Of a stretch of 32,000 bases of DNA, positions 10,601-17,774 are shown in pieces. Position 1 is the first letter of the stretch. Each line of letters opens with the position of its first letter. A program made the translations under genes and the position numbers. The DNA comes from an uncultured Lentisphaeria bacterium (GTDB lineage: Bacteria; Verrucomicrobiota; Lentisphaeria; JABSQK01; JAJFLO01), in contig OX638337.1 in assembly GCA_951812855.1 (NCBI GenBank), positions 960,001 to 992,000 of the forward strand. The letters are read 5' to 3'. The notes under the pieces were generated by a model. It ran no database searches. It saw nothing but the letters and a program-made list of their open reading frames with translations, and was not told the origin of the DNA.

Positions 10601-11325
10601 ACATTGAAGCTGCCGATCCAATTCAAAAAACAGGTCTGCCGCCCGGTCGACTCACCGGGAATCTATTGCATAATGTATTCGAATCATTAGACTTTCAACT
10701 TGCCGGATCCACGGCAGGTCCAAAGGAACTCTTACAAACCGGCACAGCTGAAGTCATTAAAAAATCGATGAATCACTATCAACTGCCGGCAGAACATGAT
10801 GATCAACTCAAAACAATCTATCACCATGAAATTTCGAAAATTATCTGGACAACATTAAATGTCGAACTTCCAGGCGGAATCAAACTTCGGGATATTTCAG
10901 AATGTGACCGCAAACACGAACTGGAGTTTTTTTTTCCGTATCCTCAGTTAAGTAATACTGACATTCCCAATATCAATCGATGTGACGGCTTTGTAAAAGG
11001 TTATATCGATTTGATATTCCGCTGCCGGAATAAGTATTATATTCTTGATTGGAAATCGGATAGTCTCGATGATTATTCACCGGATCAACTGGAGCATCAT
11101 ATGTGCAGTAATTACTATGATCTGCAATATAAACTCTATACGATCGCAACAGATCGCTGGCTGCAGCAATATCATCAGACAAATCAATTAGCGGGCGTAT
11201 TTTATCTATTCCTCCGTGGCTTGAAAACAGGGACACATAGCGGGATTTTCCCGGTAATATTTAAAGATCAGGTTCCCCCGACTCAGGAATATGAAAACGA
11301 ACTTGATAAATTGATACAAACGTAA
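7651..11325 (+). CDS. recB: Exodeoxyribonuclease V beta subunit (RecB helicase-nuclease)
   Basis: 1224 aa. RecB-specific forms of the SF1A motifs are present: IIEASAGTGKTYTI, VVTFTEKATGEMKDRI, STIHGFCHR, ALIDEFQDTD, VGDPKQAIYGFRGADL, LDTNWRS. The C-terminus carries a PD-(D/E)xK RecB nuclease (GYIDLIFRCRNKYYILDWKSD, YDLQYKLY, GVFYLFLRG). Confidence 0.9.
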   Translation: MHDDSTINDGIIPLTNPDQAELDKHAIIEASAGTGKTYTIEQLVVRLLIGNPDVNPPVLPIPIDRILVVTFTEKATGEMKDRIRNTIEAKLNNAARSDTEWFYLHDALENFDNAQISTIHGFCHRTLREHAFENGRQFEYDVVDDRDIYHTLLLRQMREDWPKHYGRNLCTYLLLADFPHRVQNESQWIDTTIKLAQNFRPNAGDQLYPEPDATVSPMKTVSELKQYLSELVMVIGGFPINSVTDHPFYGAYSRLNFNAGSKNLRLKNVITPLLELLDHFREKKNDILDSGTVAAMIRLIRDNKKTSAFAESGFACLMPKKWNKDKNNLDTECPHLQSIINPLEQIRELTTSFAPQFRSQVVKQLQTDVRLYKEQKGLLTYNDMISMVAAALSGNHGTETPPPLLSALRDRYKIALIDEFQDTDILQWSILKTVFVDKHDDSPHRLIVVGDPKQAIYGFRGADLNAYYLARNQLGKLGKTKTGCYSLDTNWRSIPQLIDAFNALFKHDNWFQRNDIRHQPANTPTPGSGRNRLYRDNTGSSVLITHSINSDKSAKAAQAEWFKFIAAEIDRLLNSSTEMMMFGDKTSPPRPLRADDICILCQNKTEAGRIEKELNNTHIPYSFYKKPGLYESDEALQLLYLLEAIASPNDTAAFKKLLMTCFFAIPVLDVKNYENLPSDHCIKRLFLKWVRHAANRQWAIMFHSIRNETRILLNTGNDPDHERRLTNIEQIIQELHNRALTENMDIIDLANLLGNLYYNHISISEEDNLHRRDTEHPGVQMTTIHKSKGLEFPVVFIAGGMTAPPNTNQPYYKIHNGEHVIYDLTSKSKSQWENEQHEELQRLYYVALTRAIYKLYIPHYRNEKQLNASGAVAKILYPAINAAAGELPAAPVITDRIDISNSEWNESRMKVIQLDPAIELPRNDFNLRDRNRSQSIDSYSGLKNKMLPHAPAKFQNISNQFGYDQAEEPAADESSQTTQTRTMNIEAADPIQKTGLPPGRLTGNLLHNVFESLDFQLAGSTAGPKELLQTGTAEVIKKSMNHYQLPAEHDDQLKTIYHHEISKIIWTTLNVELPGGIKLRDISECDRKHELEFFFPYPQLSNTDIPNINRCDGFVKGYIDLIFRCRNKYYILDWKSDSLDDYSPDQLEHHMCSNYYDLQYKLYTIATDRWLQQYHQTNQLAGVFYLFLRGLKTGTHSGIFPVIFKDQVPPTQEYENELDKLIQT

Positions 11326-11365
11326 TTAAAATTAACTGACCCAACATAGTCTCAACGCGAATTAA

Positions 11366-13492
11366 ATGATGAGTTTACCACTAACGATCGAAACCCTGAA
11401 ACATCACAATGTTATATCTCCGGGGAACATTGATATTGAAACGCTTTATACCAATGCACTGGACCATTTAAATCTAACCGGTGCAGACTATCTGACGATT
11501 CGGGATTTGCTGCAATTCATCAATCAACCGGAAATAGACGTTCATGCACTTTTGCTCTGCATGTTTGCATCGCTTAATGATGGAAGTGTCTGTATTCATA
11601 TTAACCCGTCAAATCTTAACAGACACTTATGTCGGTTTCTAAAGAATGAAACAGTCATTGACCGACTGGTTCAGGATATAATTTCCTGCCTGAAGAATAA
11701 AAAAACAGCCCCTGTCATTGGTCAGTCAGTTAAGGAATTTAAACCCTTAATTCAGGCAAATGACAGCCTGTTATACTTTCAAAAATACTACTCTGCAGAA
11801 TATAGATTAGGCCAGTTACTCTCATCAATTATAGATAGCGACAGCACAATTACCCCGATTACAGATGGTAATCTAAATGAGATACTGATTGATAGTTTTG
11901 AGACTCAACCAATTGGATCAGGCCACGGGCAAATTCGTTATAATGATGACCAGATTTTGGCTCTGATTGCTGTACTTTTAAAACGATTTGTCATCATTTC
12001 CGGAGGTCCGGGAACAGGGAAAACGTCTCTGATTATCGCCATTGTCCGGATGTTTATCCGAACCGGTATATTCGCTGACCGTATCAAGCTTGCTGCACCA
12101 ACCGGGCGTGCCGCCCAACGATTGACAGAATCTATTCATGCTTTAAATTTCAGTCAGGGCAGCAAAAATGAGATTGATGACAGTTTGAAAAGTATGGACG
12201 CTACGACAATCCATCATCTTCTTGGTTATAAAAAATCACGTAATTCATTCACCTGCAATGACCATAACCTCCTGCCTGCAGATGTGGTTATTGTCGATGA
12301 AGTGTCCATGGTTGACATCGTCTTAATGACAAAACTTTTACAGGCAATCCCAAAGGAGTGTCACATTATTTTTCTTGGTGATCGCAATCAATTACCCTCA
12401 GTTGAAGTCGGCAGTGTTCTGGCAAATCTTATCCCCGTATCGTTACCGGGATATTCTATTGAATTCCGGGAAACCGTAAAATCAATCAGACCCGAAATTA
12501 ATCTGCCGGCACTATCGGCACAAGACAATAATCAATTGTGTGACAAGGTCGTATTTTTGTCGAAAAATTACCGTTCTGAACCAAATATAATACAGATTAC
12601 CGATACAATAAACTCACTTTCAAATGAAAACCCGGGCATAGACACAGCATCCAGGGCGGCCGAAATAATCCATGACCTTCCACAATTGAATATAAAGCAA
12701 ATGACCCATTCCTCACAATTCCCTAAAACTGGATGTTGGCAGTTTATACCCGGCACAACTTCCGATAAATTGATATGGATAGAAATCATACAAACCTGGG
12801 GAAAATCTCAATACCTGATGCGCAGAGACAACCATGGAAACACCTATAAAGACTGTATTCAAAAAGTTCAGGGAAGAGAGATTCAGTCTGAGGTTCACAG
12901 TGATGATAAAAACGAAACATTTGATGCGATATTTAAATTTATCAGTCAGGCACGAATACTGACACTCATCCATGCCGGATTATTGGGTACCCAGGGTATT
13001 AATGAAATTTTAATCAATCAGCTTCACCCCGAATTCGATACCCCGGGAAGCAATGCAATATTTCACGGATCACCTATCCTGATTACCCGCAACGATAAAA
13101 TAAGTGGTCTGTTTAATGGCGATATAGGCGTTATACTAACTGATGCAGAGCGTGGATTTAACGGCGTGTTCCAACGGTCAGGAAACTACATTTCAATTCC
13201 TGTCAATGAACTCCCGCCATACGAATCATCTTTCGCCATGACTGTTCATAAAAGTCAAGGATCTGAATATGATGACGTTCTTCTTGTACTCCCCGATAAT
13301 CCCAATCACCGATTATTGACGCGTGAAATCATTTACACCGGCCTCACCCGTGCAAAAAATCTGGCTGTTATATATGGTTCAAAAGAAACACTGCAAACCG
13401 CTATAACAATACAGATACATCGGGAATCAGGATTGGATATTTGGAATTTTCATGAAATACAGGGGGAATCTTTACACAGACAAAATGTATAG
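11366..13492 (+). CDS. recD: Exodeoxyribonuclease V alpha subunit (RecD helicase)
   Basis: 708 aa with SF1B RecD motifs ISGGPGTGKTS, LAAPTGRAAQRL, VVIVDEVSMVD, FLGDRNQLPSVEVGSV, ITRNDKISGLFNGDIG, MTVHKSQGSEYDDV and IYTGLTRAK. Starts 40 nt after the recB stop. Confidence 0.9.
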   Translation: MMSLPLTIETLKHHNVISPGNIDIETLYTNALDHLNLTGADYLTIRDLLQFINQPEIDVHALLLCMFASLNDGSVCIHINPSNLNRHLCRFLKNETVIDRLVQDIISCLKNKKTAPVIGQSVKEFKPLIQANDSLLYFQKYYSAEYRLGQLLSSIIDSDSTITPITDGNLNEILIDSFETQPIGSGHGQIRYNDDQILALIAVLLKRFVIISGGPGTGKTSLIIAIVRMFIRTGIFADRIKLAAPTGRAAQRLTESIHALNFSQGSKNEIDDSLKSMDATTIHHLLGYKKSRNSFTCNDHNLLPADVVIVDEVSMVDIVLMTKLLQAIPKECHIIFLGDRNQLPSVEVGSVLANLIPVSLPGYSIEFRETVKSIRPEINLPALSAQDNNQLCDKVVFLSKNYRSEPNIIQITDTINSLSNENPGIDTASRAAEIIHDLPQLNIKQMTHSSQFPKTGCWQFIPGTTSDKLIWIEIIQTWGKSQYLMRRDNHGNTYKDCIQKVQGREIQSEVHSDDKNETFDAIFKFISQARILTLIHAGLLGTQGINEILINQLHPEFDTPGSNAIFHGSPILITRNDKISGLFNGDIGVILTDAERGFNGVFQRSGNYISIPVNELPPYESSFAMTVHKSQGSEYDDVLLVLPDNPNHRLLTREIIYTGLTRAKNLAVIYGSKETLQTAITIQIHRESGLDIWNFHEIQGESLHRQNV

Positions 13493-13577
13493 GTACATCA
13501 GCACTGATTTAAAATTTACGGCCATGGTAACTAATAATAATCAATCTTATATTGCGTTATAAATAAATAAAAATATT

Positions 13578-14153
13578 TTGAAAGAGATACCAATTCTTAT
13601 GGAATCAGACGTATATAAAACACCGGGAACAGACTTACAGAATAACAATCAGCTCAATCCTGATTACTATGTGGTCTCACCGAAAAAGTTTGTTGTCCTC
13701 TTCACCGTTACTGTTGGCGTGTATTCGGTCTATTGGTTTTATAGAAACTGGCTGCACTACAAAAAGCGCAGCGGCGAAAAAATATGGCCGGTGATGCGTG
13801 CGATTTTTTCGATATTTTATGTCCATTCATTGTTTGAAATCATTGATACCAGACTTAAAAAAATGAATAGTTATTTTATATGGTCACACCGTTCCGCGGC
13901 AACGTCTTACGTTCTGTTCACGATTATTCAGAGCGTTTGCGATCATTTATCTTCAAAAAACATTGGATATCCCATTACAGATATAGTGAGTATCGCCATA
14001 CTCCCTGTAATTGGTTATTCGCTCTATATTGGACAAAAAGCAATCAATGAAGCTTGCAAGGACCCGAATGGAGAATCAAATTCCAGGTACACCGCAGCCA
14101 ATATTTTCTGGATCGTCATGGGCTGCATATTATGGCTGTTTGTAATTAATTGA
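13578..14153 (+). CDS. Hypothetical integral membrane protein (about 4 TM)
   Basis: 191-aa ORF opening at TTG 13578, with an alternative ATG at 13599. Has hydrophobic segments and the motif VYSVYWFYRNW. I could not assign a family by eye. Confidence 0.55.
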   Translation: MKEIPILMESDVYKTPGTDLQNNNQLNPDYYVVSPKKFVVLFTVTVGVYSVYWFYRNWLHYKKRSGEKIWPVMRAIFSIFYVHSLFEIIDTRLKKMNSYFIWSHRSAATSYVLFTIIQSVCDHLSSKNIGYPITDIVSIAILPVIGYSLYIGQKAINEACKDPNGESNSRYTAANIFWIVMGCILWLFVIN

Positions 14154-14319
14154 TATTATTTTGGGCATTCCCGACCCGGAATAAATCCTGGAATTAAATA
14201 ACGCAGAAATTTGGCAATGTATCATTCCCGATATCGTGAATAACTGTGATTTACTTTAGTTTTAGAATCAGCATATCCTTTCTACTGACACATCGAATAG
14301 AAACAGCCAATATGCAATT

Positions 14320-14808
14320 ATGAGTACAACACATAATTTTCATTTTTCAGATTCACGTGATATTGGCACTGTTGACAATGATTCAATCGACCTGGCTGTT
14401 ACCTCACCACCCGACCCTGTGATGGAAATGTGGGATGACCTTTTTGTTACTCTTAATCCAGATATTAGCGATGTACTTTCAGATTTAAACGGCCGGTTAG
14501 CCTTTAGTAAAATGCATCATGAATTAGATAAAGTCTGGAGAGAATTGGATCGGGTCGTGAAACCAGGCGGATTTGTATGCATAAATATCGGTGACGCAAC
14601 CTGAACAATCGGTAATAATTTCAGCCTGTATTCCAACCATTCCAGCATCCTTATGTCAATGACATCACTCTCATTTTCGTTACTGCCGTTAATATTATGG
14701 AGAAAATCGACAAATTCACCAACGAAATTTATGGGCTCGGGGCTGCTCCCGCCAGGGGCCTGTATAACACTTGAACATGGATACATATTAATCTTCAGAA
14801 AAAATTAA
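14320..14808 (+). pseudogene. Degraded N4/N6 DNA methyltransferase (N-terminal half only, in-frame stop)
   Basis: DSIDLAVTSPPDPVMEMWDDLF...VVKPGGFVCINIGDAT is followed by an in-frame TGA (14602-14604). The same frame then reads TIGNNFSLYSNHSSIL...LPLILWRKSTNSPTKFMGSGLLPPGACITLEHGYILIFRKN up to TAA at 14806-14808. From memory, this is colinear with methylases reading TSPPYPMIEMWD...INIGDATRTI...LYSNH...ILWRK.TN.PNKFMGSG.LP.GAYVTLEHEYIL. The catalytic SPPY is SPPD here, and the C-terminal SAM-binding (FxGxG) half is absent. Confidence 0.75.
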
Positions 14809-15069
14809 AATATAATAGCCGGCACCATTGTTTTCCTGTTATGACACGACAGGGGCAGGAGATACTCATTAAGTACATTGAAACGATTCAGATCAGTGAT
14901 AACGGCAGAATTAATGTGGACTACACACCATTTGAATTAAATAATAAGTATGCGGAAACAGAAGAATCAGTTAAACACAAATCACAAATTTTAGAGAACC
15001 GGCAATTATCATTATTCCAGATCTATTCTCGGAGAATCTCAATAATTATTAATAAGCAGGTGTCGTCAT

Positions 15070-15225
15070 ATGTTCTGGGTCGTCGTTGCAGTATTTGGAT
15101 GTATCTTTTTTATCGTAATTAATGCGTTCGTGTTTAATCCGCCGGAATCATTGCTCAAGTCTATACTTGAATGGAAAGAAAAATCAGTAGATGATGATCC
15201 TGGAACTGAAGACAGTAAAGAATAA
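15070..15225 (+). CDS. Possible 51-aa single-TM small protein
   Basis: Hand translation gives MFWVVVAVFGCIFFIVINAFVFNPPESLLKSILEWKEKSVDDDPGTEDSKE: one hydrophobic helix plus an acidic tail. AGGTG (15058-15062) lies 7 nt upstream of the ATG. It is below the ORF-track cutoff and overlaps the 3' end of the 93-aa ORF 14841-15122 in another frame. Confidence 0.3.
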   Translation: MFWVVVAVFGCIFFIVINAFVFNPPESLLKSILEWKEKSVDDDPGTEDSKE

Positions 15226-15471
15226 AGTAAACAATACGTGATCTAAGAATCAAAACTTAAAACGGTAACACAGATTGATATGCCTCATGAACTCATTTTC
15301 AATCAATCACATAAAAACCGAAATCAATGGTCGATATTTTATGAAACGATCTCTTCGGTGGACTTAAAAATTGATAATCGTAACAGGACAGTGTAAAATT
15401 AAATCTGATAACTATTGAAAATCCGCTTTTTCAGAACAGGCTCCCGTTAAATCCTAATAATATAAAAAATT

Positions 15472-15975
15472 ATGTTTTTTAACTTATTATTACTATTTAT
15501 TGTTGTACCCATCATTGAATTATTGATTTTATTCAGAATTGGAGGACTGCTGGGTGCAATCAATACATTTACGGTGATAATTATTACCGGTGTTATTGGT
15601 GCATATCTGGCTAAACGACAGGGATTAATAATTCTTAAAAAAATTCAGACATCCATTGGAGAGGGCAAAATTCCTGCTGCCGAAGTTGTTGATGGTCTAA
15701 TCATTCTCGTTGCCGGTGCAGTATTGTTAACGCCTGGATTTTTAACTGATATCACCGGCTTTTTACTCTTACTTCCTTTTGGGCGAAATCTGGTAACACT
15801 CTGGTTAATAAAAAAGTTTACAACTATGATAAAATCGGGTAAAATTTCAGGGTCTGATTCCGGACACTTCGCGTTTAACATGACATCACATTCAGAGAAG
15901 GAAACGATTCAGACTCACAAGAGCGATGTCATTGATGTAGAAAGCAGGCAGATTAATGACAACCTGATTGAATAA
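15472..15975 (+). CDS. fxsA: FxsA family cytoplasmic membrane protein
   Basis: 167 aa. N-terminal PIIELLILFRIGGLLG, then IILVAGAVLLTPGFLTDITGFLLLLP, match the FxsA (UPF0716) signature as I recall it from E. coli FxsA. Confidence 0.8.
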   Translation: MFFNLLLLFIVVPIIELLILFRIGGLLGAINTFTVIIITGVIGAYLAKRQGLIILKKIQTSIGEGKIPAAEVVDGLIILVAGAVLLTPGFLTDITGFLLLLPFGRNLVTLWLIKKFTTMIKSGKISGSDSGHFAFNMTSHSEKETIQTHKSDVIDVESRQINDNLIE

Positions 15976-16108
15976 TCCAAATCAGGTTTCAGGGATTCAT
16001 TAACAAAGCTGCCGGATATGGTTTTCTTGCCCGGTTAGAATAATTCCAATAACGTCTTATACATGATCGTTGTGATTGGTATTAAAGCACCTATTAATTT
16101 TAGTTTAT

Positions 16109-16975
16109 ATGGCAAAGATACTTATAGCAGGATGTGGTAAAATCGGGATTAAATTGGGTTTAAAATTAGCCGAAGAAAACCATGACGTTTTTGGAGCAAG
16201 ACGAAATATATCCGAAATTCCTGCTCCAATAATTCCTTTAACCGTTGATTTTTCAATACCGGATACACTGCCGGCCATTCCCGGGGCAATTGAATTTGTA
16301 TATATTATTTTAACCCCGGAAAAGTTTGATGATGACAGCTATAAACGAAGCTATGTTGAAGCGACGCAGAATATTTTGAAATATTTCGAAAAAAAGAAAG
16401 AGAAACCACTTCACATCTTTTTTATATCAAGTACCAGTGTTTATGGACAGAAAAACGGCGAATGGGTTGATGAAAATTCAGAGACTGTTCCATTAGGTTT
16501 TTCAGGAACGAGGATGCTCGAGGCAGAACAACTCATCACTCAGTCATCGATTGCGGGTGCCTCCTGTATTCGGTTTGGTGGTATTTATAGTAGTAAAAGA
16601 ACAAGACAAATCGATCGAATACAAAAAGGCATTTCAAAAAATTATCATGATTTAATAAATTATAAAAATTTAATTAATGAGGAAGATGCAGTAGGAATAT
16701 TGCACCATTTATTGGCAGAACCGAATAAGGAGACTCATTATCTGGCAGTTGATAATGAACCCGTTCAGGAATGCGATTTGTTAGAGTGGCTTCTGACAGA
16801 ATTAAAGCTGTCTACAGCTCACGAATGCTCTGACCAATCTTTGTCCAGAAAGAGGAATTTAACTAATAAACGCTGTAATAATCAGAGAATTAGAAGATCA
16901 GGTTATAAATTTTCTTTCCCGACATACAAAGAAGGTTACAGGTCCATTATTGAAAAATTAGCTGCTTCAGCCTAG
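16109..16975 (+). CDS. NAD(P)-binding epimerase/dehydratase-family protein (YeeZ-like)
   Basis: Rossmann start MAKILIAGCGKIGIKLGLKL at ATG 16109 (the ORF track opens at 16076). FISSTSVYGQKNGEWVDENS and the C-terminal YKFSFPTYKEGY resemble E. coli YeeZ (FTSSTSVYG...FEYQYPD). Confidence 0.7.
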   Translation: MAKILIAGCGKIGIKLGLKLAEENHDVFGARRNISEIPAPIIPLTVDFSIPDTLPAIPGAIEFVYIILTPEKFDDDSYKRSYVEATQNILKYFEKKKEKPLHIFFISSTSVYGQKNGEWVDENSETVPLGFSGTRMLEAEQLITQSSIAGASCIRFGGIYSSKRTRQIDRIQKGISKNYHDLINYKNLINEEDAVGILHHLLAEPNKETHYLAVDNEPVQECDLLEWLLTELKLSTAHECSDQSLSRKRNLTNKRCNNQRIRRSGYKFSFPTYKEGYRSIIEKLAASA

Positions 16976-17090
16976 TTGACCGAAATGGTATTCTATTTGA
17001 AATGTTTGGTTTAATACAGCTGAGAGAGAATTAGATCTAATATTAAAAAAATAAAACGTATTAATTTTTGACTCTCAAACCAGAGAGTTG

Positions 17091-17138
17091 TTTAAAATAG
17101 CACAAAACACTGTTTATATTTGGACTACTTTTGCTTTT
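17091..17138. repeat. Copy 1 of a ~48-nt AT-rich module (AAAATAGCACAAAACACTGT...TTTGCTTT)
   Basis: Ungapped alignment with 17605-17652 gives 20/23 identities over the 5' core, and TTTGCTTT recurs at the same offset. Contains TATATTTG (17115-17122), a TAnnTTTG-type box. Confidence 0.6.
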
Positions 17139-17210
17139 GTTGATTTCTTAAAAAAATTCGCTTCCTGTTGATTTTATAATACGTTACAATTATTCAGGAA
17201 TGTATTGGAA

Positions 17211-17240
17211 TTTTAATTGCTGTAGTTTTAATTGCTGTAG
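17211..17240. repeat. Perfect tandem duplication, 2 x 15 bp (TTTTAATTGCTGTAG)
   Basis: Read directly: 17211-17225 equals 17226-17240. Confidence 0.9.
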
Positions 17241-17244
17241 TTAG

Positions 17245-17270
17245 AAAAAAGCGTGCATGTCGATTGCAGC
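17245..17270 (-). terminator. Candidate intrinsic terminator for a minus-strand transcript
   Basis: The minus strand reads GCTGCA-atcgaca-TGCA(C)GC, a 6-bp stem with one bulge, followed by TTTTTT. It overlaps the last codons of the 75-aa ORF 17241-17468 (-). The stem is short and imperfect. Confidence 0.35.
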
Positions 17271-17604
17271 GTCTGACAGTGAGGGATATCTGGTGGTACG
17301 CATAGTCAGAACACAGGTCGGAGAGGTTTCTGAGTAACTTCCATCACCGCTGAAGGCATGGTCTGAAGAACAATAGACTGTCCTGGCGTCTCTGGGCAAT
17401 GCTTCTATTAATGAATGGCTCAATACTGTCAACATTAATTTTATGTGTATGAATGTACTTGCTCCCATTTACAAGACTAAAATTAAATCATTGGTTAGGT
17501 CATGGTATACAAACAATAATCAGCAATTATTAAAATATAGAAAACGGGTAATAAATTCTATAACCCAAGACTGCTGACGGTGGTTAAAAATGCAGGATAT
17601 TATT

Positions 17605-17652
17605 TTAAAAATAGTGCAAAACACTGTAAATTTAAATTAATCATTTGCTTTC
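17605..17652. repeat. Copy 2 of the ~48-nt AT-rich module (AAAATAGTGCAAAACACTGT...TTTGCTTT)
   Basis: See copy 1. It lies 514 bp downstream of copy 1 and about 125 bp upstream of the wza-like ATG. Contains TAAATTTA (17627-17634). Confidence 0.6.
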
Positions 17653-17774
17653 CCTTAAATTTGATATACAGTTGTTCCTTTATTTTAATCTCCAACATGT
17701 CATCATAAATTTGTTTGAACAATGCAGTTCAAACGTCAACTGACCCAATATCAAAATGGGATTTTCGATTAAAT

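Noticed and set aside
7907-11236. Nested or antisense ORFs inside recB (for example the 138-aa ORF 8735-9151), and likewise inside recD, wzc, pgm, aspS and the antiporter.
   Set aside because: Each is contained within a well-supported long CDS in another frame or on the other strand, with no motifs or ribosome-binding sites.
7651-13492. UvrD-like helicase-nuclease plus second helicase as a phage-defence pair (Gabija or Hachiman-type helicase systems).
   Set aside because: Both proteins carry the specific RecB and RecD motif variants along their whole length and are colinear with my recollection of E. coli RecB and RecD. They are the housekeeping enzyme, not a defence paralogue.
14602-14604. 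In-frame TGA in the methyltransferase as possible recoding (Sec, or a TGA-sense genetic code).
   Set aside because: menF, menD and ilvC all terminate at TGA at positions consistent with full-length proteins. The gene also has a mutated catalytic motif and lacks its C-terminal half.
14517-14786. 89-aa minus-strand ORF across the methyltransferase remnant.
   Set aside because: The + strand carries clear methylase homology through the same DNA, so the antisense ORF is incidental.
17121-17134. Sigma-54-like TGG...TTGC element in module copy 1.
   Set aside because: The GG-to-GC spacing is 1 nt shorter than the strict -24/-12 spacing, and the GG is absent from copy 2.
17295-17307. GGTACGCATAGTC resembles the GGGACGCAAAGCC core of the c-di-GMP-I (GEMM) riboswitch. 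This is tempting upstream of EPS genes.
   Set aside because: The match is only 10/13, and the partner conserved half (CACGCACAGGGCAAACC) and the expected helices are not present.
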